The notes beneath the pieces were generated by a model. That model was given only the letters and a program-made list of their open reading frames with translations, was not told the DNA's origin and made no database searches. This document shows, one piece after another, positions 45,167 through 53,710 of a stretch of DNA of 64,000 nt (position 1 is the first letter of the stretch; each line of letters opens with the position of its first letter). The translations under genes were made by a program, and so were the position numbers. The DNA is from Patescibacteria group bacterium (lineage in GTDB: Bacteria > Patescibacteriota > Patescibacteriia > UBA2591 > UBA6264): assembly GCA_016784145.1 (NCBI GenBank), contig JADHVF010000002.1, positions 9,102 to 73,101 of the forward strand. The letters are read 5' to 3'.

Positions 45167-45553
45167 TGGTGGAGATGGCGGGTAATTCTCCCGCGTCCGC
45201 AAACAATTAAACAAAAATATCTACCTTTATAGTTTGGTTATTTTTCTCGATAAAAAAATAGAAACCAAACAAAATTTTTTTTACCAAAGCCCTATTTTAT
45301 TTAAATTAATTTTATTGGGCATTAAAATTAATCTGTCCTGCAAAAATGATACCAATATTTGCTAGCAGGAGTCGTAAACATCAGCAGTGATTGTCAATTT
45401 TATGCAACCACAGGGCTTAAAGCAGGAACAGATAAAATCTGTTTTGCTTTTACCAATAAATTTTTGGCATTTATTTGTTTTTAGAGAATTAACGCATCTC
45501 TTAAAACGAAAGGCTGTTTTTGAGTAATAATCTCGTCAATTATTAACATCCCC
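45167..45553 (-). ncRNA. ssrA: tmRNA (ssrA), ~387 nt
   Basis: The minus strand starts GGGGATGTTAATAATTGACGAG (tRNA-like 5' half, G3:U70 pair). It ends …GGACGCGGGAGAATTACCCGCCATCTCCACCA (T-arm GCGGG/CCCGC, acceptor CATCTCC, discriminator A, CCA), closely matching canonical tmRNA termini. smpB lies 4 kb away. Confidence 0.7.
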
Positions 45554-45622
45554 TAAATAATTCAAAGAACTTCAGTATATTTTATTAGTATAACAGATTT
45601 TTTACAAAAGTCAATATTTACT

Positions 45623-47725
45623 TTATTCTTCGTCTTTATCTGTTAGTTTTTTTTGAATATTTTTTGGTACAGGAGAATAGCAATGAAATTCCATTGATGA
45701 GTTTCCTCTTCCTTCTGTTATTGATCGCAGCGTGGTTGTGTATCCAAACATTTCTCCTAAAGGAACAATTGCTTTTATTATTTTTATTTTTTCTCTTGCT
45801 TCGGTTTCTTGTATTTGAGCTCTCTTTGAATTAAGGTCACCAATTACATCTCCCATAAAGTCTCCTGGAGCAGCGATTTCAATTTTCATTATTGGCTCAA
45901 GTAATACAGGGTCTGCTTCTTCAACTCCTTTGCGAATGCCCCTGGTAGCAGCTACTTTAAAGGCTGCTTCAGATGAATCAACTTCATGGAAGCTACCATC
46001 ATAAACTGCTACAGACATATCAACAATTGGATATCCTGCTACCACGCCAGTGCTCATGGCTTCTATTACCCCTTTTTTAATTGCAGGAATATATTCTCTT
46101 GGAATTGACCCACCTTTTATTTCATCTTCAAAAACAAACCCCTTTCCTCTCTCCAAAGGAGTTAATCTTAATAAACAATGTCCATATTGACCCCTCCCTC
46201 CAGATTGATGAATGTATTTTCCTTCGGTTTCAACTTCTTTGGTGATTGTTTCTTTGTAAGCAACTTGAGGCCTGCCCACATTTGCTTCTACGTTGAATTC
46301 TCTTTTCATTCGGTCAATAATAATTTCTAAATGTAATTCTCCCATTCCTGAAATAATTGTTTGCAAGGTCTCTTCATCGGTTCTAACCTTAAAGGTTGGG
46401 TCTTCTTCTGACAATTTATTTATAGCCACCCCCATTTTTTCTTGATCTGATTTTGTTTTAGGTTCAACAGCCACGGATATAACAGGATCAGGAAAGGTAA
46501 TAGATTCTAATATGATTGGGTCATCGAGAGAACATAAAGTATCTCCAGTGGTTGTATTTTTTAAGCCAACAATTGCTGCTATATCTCCAGCTAAAATTTC
46601 CTTAACTTCCTCTCTTTTATTGGCATGCATTCGTACTATTCTGCCAATCCTTTCTTTCTTCCCAGTACTAGAATTAAGCACATATGAGCCTGCTTCTAGT
46701 TTTCCGGAATAAATCCTAAAATAACATAAACGACCTACAAAAGGATCTGTAGCAATTTTAAAAATAAGAGCTGAAAATGAGGCATTTTTATCTGCTTTTC
46801 TTGTTTTTCTTTCTTGTTTGTTTTCTTCTTCCTCTTCGTCTACAGCTTCTTTTATGGCTGGAACATCTAAAGGAGAAGGAAGATATTTACAGATTGCCTC
46901 TAATAGTGGCTGAATGCCTTTATTTTTTAGAGCAGAACCACAGAATACTGGAACAATAGATCGACTTGTAACAGCTTTTCTGAGTGCTTGTTCTAGTTCA
47001 GTTACTTTAATTTCTTCATTGGCTAAATATTTTTGCATTAATTCCTCGTCATTTTCAACGATTTTTTCAATTAAATCATGTCTGTATTTAGTTGCTTGTT
47101 CTTTCATTTCTGTTGGGATTTCCCTTGTTTCTGTTTCTTTCCCCATTTCATCTAAATAAATTATTGCTTTTTCTTCCAGTAAATCAATTATTCCATTAAA
47201 GTCAGCTTCTGTCCCAATTGGTAACTGAATTGGAATGGCGTTTTTGGTCAATCTTTCATGGATAGATTTCATGTCAAAATAAAAGTCAGCCCCGGTTCTA
47301 TCTAATTTATTTACAAAAGCAATTAAAGGAACCTTGAATTTATCAGCTTGATGCCAAACTGTTTCTGATTGAGGCTCAACTCCAGCTACTCCATCAAAAA
47401 CAACTACGCCACCATCAAGAACTCGAAGAGACCTTTGGACTTCAGCCGTAAAATCAATGTGTCCAGGTGTATCGATAATATTTATTTTAATATCTCCTTG
47501 TGACTTTGTTTCCCAAAATATAGTTGTGGCAGCAGAGGTGATTGTTACCCCTCTTTCTTTTTCTTGTTCCATCCAGTCCATTTCAGCTTCTCCTTCATGA
47601 ACTTCTCCGACTTTGTGTTTTTTACCGGAATAATATAAAATTCGTTCAGTGACAGTTGTTTTACCAGCATCAATATGAGCAATAATTCCAATATTGCGAG
47701 TTTGTTTTAATGATGTTTCAGTCAT
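45623..47725 (-). CDS. fusA: Elongation factor G
   Basis: [14 protein letters not shown] (G1), DTPGH (G3), NKLD (G4). 700 aa with the five-domain EF-G layout. Confidence 0.95.
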   Translation of the reverse strand: MTETSLKQTRNIGIIAHIDAGKTTVTERILYYSGKKHKVGEVHEGEAEMDWMEQEKERGVTITSAATTIFWETKSQGDIKINIIDTPGHIDFTAEVQRSLRVLDGGVVVFDGVAGVEPQSETVWHQADKFKVPLIAFVNKLDRTGADFYFDMKSIHERLTKNAIPIQLPIGTEADFNGIIDLLEEKAIIYLDEMGKETETREIPTEMKEQATKYRHDLIEKIVENDEELMQKYLANEEIKVTELEQALRKAVTSRSIVPVFCGSALKNKGIQPLLEAICKYLPSPLDVPAIKEAVDEEEEENKQERKTRKADKNASFSALIFKIATDPFVGRLCYFRIYSGKLEAGSYVLNSSTGKKERIGRIVRMHANKREEVKEILAGDIAAIVGLKNTTTGDTLCSLDDPIILESITFPDPVISVAVEPKTKSDQEKMGVAINKLSEEDPTFKVRTDEETLQTIISGMGELHLEIIIDRMKREFNVEANVGRPQVAYKETITKEVETEGKYIHQSGGRGQYGHCLLRLTPLERGKGFVFEDEIKGGSIPREYIPAIKKGVIEAMSTGVVAGYPIVDMSVAVYDGSFHEVDSSEAAFKVAATRGIRKGVEEADPVLLEPIMKIEIAAPGDFMGDVIGDLNSKRAQIQETEAREKIKIIKAIVPLGEMFGYTTTLRSITEGRGNSSMEFHCYSPVPKNIQKKLTDKDEE

Positions 47726-47812
47726 AATAATAAATAAAGTTAAAAATTTTCCCCCTTACTTTTTAATAAAAGAAACGGGGGAATATAAGTTAATATAATA
47801 ATTTTATAAGTT

Positions 47813-48280
47813 TTATCTGGCAAAGTGAGCAAAGGCTTTGTTTGCTTTTGCCATTTTGTAGATGTTATCTTTTTTTGTTATTGTTTCCCCTTCGTTGTTG
47901 GCTGCTTGCATTAATTCAGCAGCAAGCTTAACAGGCATTGTTTTTCCTTTGGTTTTTTTTACAGAACTAATAATCCATTTTGATGCTAAAGTGAATTGTC
48001 TGGCTTCGTTTGTTTTATAAGGAATTTGATAGTTTGTTCCACCAATTCTGCGAGACCGCAGTTCAACCACAGGAGATACATTTTTAATTGCTTGTTCAAA
48101 TATATCAACGGGATTTTGTTTAGTTTTGGTTTTAATAATATCAAATGTTTCAAATATAATTTTTTGAGCTATGCTTTTTTTTCCACCCTTCATTATATAG
48201 TTAATAAACTTAGCTATTTTAATTGAGTTATATTTTGGGTCTGGATTTATTTTTCTTTTTATGGCTTGTTTTCCTCTCAT
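47813..48280 (-). CDS. rpsG: 30S ribosomal protein S7
   Basis: MRGKQAIKRKINPDPKYNS…KGGKKSIAQKI… is the canonical S7. It follows rpsL in the str operon order. Confidence 0.95.
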   Translation of the reverse strand: MRGKQAIKRKINPDPKYNSIKIAKFINYIMKGGKKSIAQKIIFETFDIIKTKTKQNPVDIFEQAIKNVSPVVELRSRRIGGTNYQIPYKTNEARQFTLASKWIISSVKKTKGKTMPVKLAAELMQAANNEGETITKKDNIYKMAKANKAFAHFAR

Positions 48281-48429
48281 GTTGATTGATTATTGATTAT
48301 TAATTATTGATTATTAATTATTGATTATTAATTATTGATTACTGATTATTAATTATTGATTACTGATTATTGATTACTGATTATTGATTACTGATTATTA
48401 ATTATTGATTACTGATTATTGATTACTGA
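48281..48429. repeat. ~21-unit heptamer microsatellite (TGATTAT / TAATTAT / TGATTAC) filling the entire rpsL-rpsG intergenic spacer
   Basis: Read directly. 149 bp made almost entirely of T[GA]ATTA[TC] units. Confidence 0.9.
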
Positions 48430-48849
48430 TTATTTTTTAATTTTTTCCTTTTTGGCCCCATAAAGCGAACGGCTTGTTTTTCTTCCTTCAACGCCACTAG
48501 TATCATATACTCCACGTACGACATGATATCTTACTCCTGGCAAGTCTTTCACTTTTCCTCCCCTTAAAAGAACCACAGAATGCTCTTGAAGATTATGACC
48601 AATTCCAGGGATATAAGCAGTTACTTCCATGCCATTTGATAGGCGGACTCTAGCAATTTTTCTTAAAGCAGAGTTTGGTTTTTTTGGTGTCTGAGTTGTT
48701 ACTTTTAGACAGACTCCCCTTAAAAATGGATTATTAGCAGGTGTTCTTTTTCTTTTTAGAGTATTAAAATTACTTCGCAAAGCAGGTGTTTGCGATTGTT
48801 TCTTTGTTCTTTTTCTTTTATTTTTTATTAATTGATTTATTGTTGGCAT
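48430..48849 (-). CDS. rpsL: 30S ribosomal protein S12
   Basis: …[60 protein letters not shown]… is the canonical S12. Relative to E. coli it has a ~12-aa N-terminal insertion. Confidence 0.95.
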   Translation of the reverse strand: MPTINQLIKNKRKRTKKQSQTPALRSNFNTLKRKRTPANNPFLRGVCLKVTTQTPKKPNSALRKIARVRLSNGMEVTAYIPGIGHNLQEHSVVLLRGGKVKDLPGVRYHVVRGVYDTSGVEGRKTSRSLYGAKKEKIKK

Positions 48850-48896
48850 AATAATCTATTTTATATGTTTTTAAAAAAAAGTCAACAACTTAATGT

Positions 48897-49520
48897 TTAA
48901 AATCCAAATCCTTGACCAGTAATTATGTAAAATAAAAAATTTGCTATAGGAGAAAGAAATGAAAAGGCAATAAACATTGCTATTAGAATCCCAAAAAATC
49001 CTAACTGTTCAACATGTTTCCATTGGTTTGGAAAAAGGCCTGCGAAGATTTTCGAGCCATCAAGAGGTGGAAAGGGGATCAAATTAAATAAGGCTAAAAA
49101 AATATTAATATAAATAATTAATTTTAAATACATTAAAAATTGGATAAAATATAATGAAATCATGTTTGTTGGCAAAAATACAAATAAAAGCCTTAAAATT
49201 AACCCAATAAATATAGCAATGCCAAGATTTGATAATGGTCCGGCTGCGGCTACTTTTAATGTTCCGTATTTAGAATCCCTTAGGTTATATGGATTAAATG
49301 GAACTGGTTTTGCCCAGCCAATAAAAATTCCAGAAGACATCAATAAAAATATGGGAAGGATTACTGTTCCAATTGGATCTATGTGTGAAATTGGATTTAA
49401 TGTTAGTCTACCAGCATTTTTGGCTGTTGGGTCTCCTAATCTATAAGCCATCCATCCATGTGAGTATTCGTGAAATACAGCTGAGAGAATAATAATAATG
49501 TATAAAAAAATTTTATCCAT
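48897..49520 (-). CDS. Site-2 protease family (peptidase M50) intramembrane zinc metalloprotease
   Basis: HEYSHG (HExxH) sits in the first TM helix. It is a polytopic protein with an LDGS-like motif (PPLDGSKIF) in a later helix. Confidence 0.7.
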   Translation of the reverse strand: MDKIFLYIIIILSAVFHEYSHGWMAYRLGDPTAKNAGRLTLNPISHIDPIGTVILPIFLLMSSGIFIGWAKPVPFNPYNLRDSKYGTLKVAAAGPLSNLGIAIFIGLILRLLFVFLPTNMISLYFIQFLMYLKLIIYINIFLALFNLIPFPPLDGSKIFAGLFPNQWKHVEQLGFFGILIAMFIAFSFLSPIANFLFYIITGQGFGF

Positions 49521-49592
49521 TTTACAGAAGTTGCATTAATTTATTAATTTGTTAAACTATTATGACGGATTATTAAAAATAAACAAGTATAT

Positions 49593-49772
49593 ATGTCTAG
49601 AAAATGTTCAATTTGTAATCGAGGACCACAAACAAGCGTTTCCAGAACCCATTCAAATATTGCTAATAAAACAAAACAATATTTAAATTTACAAACAAAA
49701 AAGATTCTTGGAAAAAAAATGAAGCTTTGCACTAAATGTTTAAAAAATTTTAAAAAAAAAAATAACTTTTAA
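49593..49772 (+). CDS. rpmB: 50S ribosomal protein L28
   Basis: A 59-aa ORF below the track cutoff. Hand translation: MSRKCSICNRGPQTSVSRTHSNIANKTKQYLNLQTKKILGKKMKLCTKCLKNFKKKNNF. It has the L28 pattern (M.R.C..C.KGP..G..VSHS…PNLQ). Confidence 0.8.
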   Translation: MSRKCSICNRGPQTSVSRTHSNIANKTKQYLNLQTKKILGKKMKLCTKCLKNFKKKNNF

Positions 49773-49791
49773 TTATTTTTATTTTTTAGAA

Positions 49792-50241
49792 TTAATATTT
49801 CATTTCTCTTCTAATTTTTTTGTCTAATTCTCTTTTTTTAATTATGGCTCTTTTGTCTGTCTGTTTTTTGCCAATACCAATTCCGATTGTTATTTTAATA
49901 ATTCCTCCCTTAAGATATGTCTTTAATGGAATTACAGATGTTCCCGGAGACTTGATTTTTCCAATCAATTCTTTGATTTCTTTCTTGTTTAATAGGAGTT
50001 TTCTTTTTCTTGATGGATCATAGTTTTGTTGAACGCTAAAGGCTGGAGCATATCTTGATACATGAATATTTATCAACCACAAGGAATTAGTTGGACCAAT
50101 GTCAACATAACTGTCTGAGAAATTAATATTACCTTGTTTTATTGATTTTACTTCAGGGCCTGTTAAAATGATTCCCGCTTCAAAGGTTTTTAATATCTTA
50201 TAGTTATAGTATGCTTTTTTATTTTTGTTTATTATTTTCAT
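49792..50241 (-). CDS. smpB: SsrA-binding protein
   Basis: …NKKAYYNYKILKTFEAGIILTGPEVKSIKQGNINFSDSYV… is the SmpB signature. 149 aa. Confidence 0.9.
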   Translation of the reverse strand: MKIINKNKKAYYNYKILKTFEAGIILTGPEVKSIKQGNINFSDSYVDIGPTNSLWLINIHVSRYAPAFSVQQNYDPSRKRKLLLNKKEIKELIGKIKSPGTSVIPLKTYLKGGIIKITIGIGIGKKQTDKRAIIKKRELDKKIRREMKY

Positions 50242-50294
50242 ATTATGAATTATAACATATTGTTTTTATAATTAAAAATGTTATAATAAAAAAT

Positions 50295-51470
50295 ATGAAA
50301 ATCGGAATAGATTGTCGCACAATTTTAAATCCTGCTAAAGGTCAATCAGCTGGACTTGGCCATTATGTATATCAACTGGTTCGACATTTGATAAGCAATG
50401 ACAAACAAAATACGTATGTTTTATTCTTTGATCGTTCTATTCCCAAGAAAAGATTAAAGAAGTTTATAAAAAAAAATACAATAATCAAGTTCTTTCCATT
50501 TATAAGTTATACAAAATTTTTAAAATTTCGTTATTTTGATTTTTTAGAAAGCGCTGTTTTGTTAAACGAGAATCTTGATATTTTCCATTCTCCATTGCCG
50601 TCTTTGCCTTTGTCGTACAAAGGAAATTCTGTTGTTACTGTTCATGATGTTTCTATTTATAGGTTCCCGGAATTATATTCCAAAAAAGAGGTTTTTAATT
50701 TAAAAAAGGAAATCCCAGATACATTAAAAAGAGCGAACAAAATAATTACTGCTTCAAACTCTACTAAAAAAGATTTAATAAAAATTTTTAATATAAATCC
50801 CGAGAAAATAAAAGTAGTTTATCATGGAATTGATAAAAGATTTTTTAAAAAATCTTCTGATAGCAGTATAAGAAAGATAAAAATTAAATACAAGATTAAG
50901 AAAAAATATTTTCTTTTCTTGGGCACGCTTGATAAAAGAAAAAATATTACAGGAATTATAGATGCTTACGAACATTTTAGAGATAAAAAAATTGATTTAA
51001 ATAAAAAAATAAAACATTCTAGTAAATTTTTTGATTATCAACTTGTATTAGCAGGAGCTGTTGGAGAAAATTCTAAAGATATAAGTAGAAAGATTTCTTT
51101 TTCAAAATATAAAAAAGATATTTTATTGCCAGGATATATAGAAGCAGATGAACTATGTCCTCTTTTTCAAGGCGCTGAAATTTTTATTTCACCTTCTATT
51201 TATGAAGGGTTTGGAACACCAATAATAGAAGCAATGGCTAATAATTTGCCAGTAATATCAAGTAATGTTTCCTCAATTCCTGAAATAACAGATAATTGTT
51301 CAATATTGGTTAATCCAAATAATAGTAAAAAAATAGCTCAAACAATGTATGATTTATTGTCAAACAAGGAATTAAGGCAAGCAATAATATCTTGCAACAA
51401 ACAAAGGGCAAAATTTTTTGATTGGGATAAATGTGCTAAAGAAACCATTGATGTTTATAAGAAAATATAA
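50295..51470 (+). CDS. Glycosyltransferase family 4 (GT-B fold)
   Basis: MKIGIDCR… at the N-terminus and EGFGTPIIEAMANNLPVISSNVSSIPEI (the EX7E region) are typical of GT4. Confidence 0.8.
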   Translation: MKIGIDCRTILNPAKGQSAGLGHYVYQLVRHLISNDKQNTYVLFFDRSIPKKRLKKFIKKNTIIKFFPFISYTKFLKFRYFDFLESAVLLNENLDIFHSPLPSLPLSYKGNSVVTVHDVSIYRFPELYSKKEVFNLKKEIPDTLKRANKIITASNSTKKDLIKIFNINPEKIKVVYHGIDKRFFKKSSDSSIRKIKIKYKIKKKYFLFLGTLDKRKNITGIIDAYEHFRDKKIDLNKKIKHSSKFFDYQLVLAGAVGENSKDISRKISFSKYKKDILLPGYIEADELCPLFQGAEIFISPSIYEGFGTPIIEAMANNLPVISSNVSSIPEITDNCSILVNPNNSKKIAQTMYDLLSNKELRQAIISCNKQRAKFFDWDKCAKETIDVYKKI

Positions 51471-51494
51471 TTAATAAGTTTAATTAAAAAAAAT

Positions 51495-51932
51495 ATGCAA
51501 GAAGAATTTAAACAAAACACACAAGAGGGGGGAACAAAATCAAAAAAAAGAGGATTAATTTTTTTGATAGTTGGTATTGTCATATTGGTAATGCTGGTTG
51601 CTTTTTTGGCTTATACAATGTTTTTTTCTGTGAAAGCAACATCATCATGGAGTGCTGTTTTTCTAAATAATGGCAGAACTTATTTTGGTCACATAATCAA
51701 GCAAGACGTAAGATTCTTGACCTTAACAAATGTTTATTACATACAAGTTCAACAGTTAGCTCCAGATCAAGAGGGAGCACAGCCACAACAACAGCTTTCT
51801 TTGGTTAATATTGCAGATGAGTTACATCAGCCAGAAGATGTGATGAAAATTAATCTTGACAATGTTTTATTTGTTCAGGAATTGAAAGAAGATTCACAAA
51901 TAGTCACTACAATTGGCCAACTGTCAAAATAA
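51495..51932 (+). CDS. Hypothetical bitopic membrane protein
   Basis: 145-aa ORF. A charged N-terminus is followed by one TM helix (LIFLIVGIVILVMLVAFLAYTMFF). Confidence 0.35.
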   Translation: MQEEFKQNTQEGGTKSKKRGLIFLIVGIVILVMLVAFLAYTMFFSVKATSSWSAVFLNNGRTYFGHIIKQDVRFLTLTNVYYIQVQQLAPDQEGAQPQQQLSLVNIADELHQPEDVMKINLDNVLFVQELKEDSQIVTTIGQLSK

Positions 51933-51961
51933 AAAAGCATAATTGATTTAATTTTTGTAGA

Positions 51962-53701
51962 GTGAATAGCTTTAAGAACAGAAGCAATTTTAATGCGGCT
52001 GGTAGTTTATTAATTGTTGTCTTTATATTATTAATTATTTTTGTTATAGCAGTTGGATTATTTTATTTAAGTAAAAATAATAAAACAAGGTTTAATTCTG
52101 GGATTGATTTTTGGATACATGGTGAGCCAGTTCAGTCATTTGGAGTTGAAGATAGCTTTTTTGTTTTTATCAAAAATAAAGAAATCAGAGAATTGGAAGA
52201 CATCACGGTTACGCTTTTTTTTCCAGATAAATTTAATTTAATCCATGAGAATTTAGAGTGCGAAGAAATATCTACTAACAGGTGTTCATGGCACATAGAT
52301 AGAATAGCCAAAAACGGGCTAAAGGATATTAAGTTTTCAGGGATATTTTTAGGAGACATAAATAGTCCACAGGTTTTTAGAGGAGAGATTAATTTTAAGT
52401 TAAAGGGATTTTCTTCAGTTTTTCAAAAAAAATTATCCTTTTCAGTTAATATAGAGCCGTCATTTATGTTGTCAGTAAATATGCCAGATAAAGCTCTTTC
52501 TTATGAAGATTTAGAGTTTGATTTTTTTTTAAAGAGCATTGTTAACGAAAATATTTCTAATATTAAGATTATTTTTAATTTCCCTGATAATTTTATTCCA
52601 AAAAAGATAATTAATATTAATAATAAAGAAGAAAAAGTTAACACAACAGAACAATCTAATAATATAGATATTAATATTGATAAAATAGATAAAAAAGAAT
52701 TAAATTTTAAAATAATAGGATTTTTTGATAAGCCAAACAAAGATTCATTTTTTAATATAAATGCTGGGATAATAGATAATAAAGTTTTTTATAATCAATC
52801 ATTACAGCCAGAAAATATAAATGTAACTGATTTTGGTTTTAAAGCGCTTGTGAGTATTGATGAAAATAAAGAGCCTGTTCAGGATTATGATTGGGGAGAT
52901 GATGTTTCAATAAAAATGGCCTATTTTAATGATAGTGACAAGGTTGTTGAAGATTTTGTATTGGAGATGAGAATTGATAATAAAAAATATGCTTATATTT
53001 CAGAGGATGACTTGCTTTTTAAAATAAAAAAGGTTTTACCAGGAGAAAGTGGAAATGTTAATTTTAGTTTGCCATTGAAGTCGTCAACTCAAGCAAGTAA
53101 AAATAATTATAAAAATGCAAATTTTTTAATATATGCTATGGCCAGCGGTATATTCTCAGACAACCAAGAGTGGAAATCCAAAAGCAATGAAATAGATATA
53201 AGGATTAATACATTTGTAGAGCTTGAAGCAGAGGCGCGTTATTATAATGATGAAAGGGTTGCTATTGGTAGCGGTAACCTTCCTCCTAAAATGGGAGAGG
53301 AAACAAGTTATTGGATTTTTTGGAGGATAAAAAATACTACTAATTCAATAAAAGATATTTTTGTAAAAACAAAATTGCCAACCAATGTATCTTACTTAAA
53401 CAAAACAGGGGCAACCAATGGTTTAATATTATATGATGCCAAGGCCAGGCAAGTAATTTGGCAAATACCAACTATTTCAGCATATAGAGGAGGAGGATAC
53501 TCTTTGTTGGAAGCCGGGTTTGAAGTGTCTGTCTCTCCTATAATTTCAAATGTTGGCTCTGTTATGGATTTAACAAAAGATATATTTTTGAATTTTGAAG
53601 ACAATTTTACTCAAGATTCTACTTCAATAATAAAAAATCCTTTAAATACATTTTTAAATGCAGACCCGGTATTTAATGGTTCAGGGGTTGTATTAAAATA
53701 A
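51962..53701 (+). CDS. Hypothetical membrane-anchored large protein (beta-rich, possible cell-surface repeat domains)
   Basis: 579-aa ORF with an N-terminal TM helix (LLIVVFILLIIFVIAVGLFYL). The rest is N/K/S-rich with beta-like alternation. No catalytic motif. Confidence 0.4.
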   Translation: MNSFKNRSNFNAAGSLLIVVFILLIIFVIAVGLFYLSKNNKTRFNSGIDFWIHGEPVQSFGVEDSFFVFIKNKEIRELEDITVTLFFPDKFNLIHENLECEEISTNRCSWHIDRIAKNGLKDIKFSGIFLGDINSPQVFRGEINFKLKGFSSVFQKKLSFSVNIEPSFMLSVNMPDKALSYEDLEFDFFLKSIVNENISNIKIIFNFPDNFIPKKIININNKEEKVNTTEQSNNIDINIDKIDKKELNFKIIGFFDKPNKDSFFNINAGIIDNKVFYNQSLQPENINVTDFGFKALVSIDENKEPVQDYDWGDDVSIKMAYFNDSDKVVEDFVLEMRIDNKKYAYISEDDLLFKIKKVLPGESGNVNFSLPLKSSTQASKNNYKNANFLIYAMASGIFSDNQEWKSKSNEIDIRINTFVELEAEARYYNDERVAIGSGNLPPKMGEETSYWIFWRIKNTTNSIKDIFVKTKLPTNVSYLNKTGATNGLILYDAKARQVIWQIPTISAYRGGGYSLLEAGFEVSVSPIISNVGSVMDLTKDIFLNFEDNFTQDSTSIIKNPLNTFLNADPVFNGSGVVLK

Positions 53702-53710
53702 ATAATATTT

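Noticed and set aside
46512-47159. Three short + strand ORFs (46512, 46777, 46914)
   Set aside because: They are antisense to the highly conserved fusA coding sequence, with no support.
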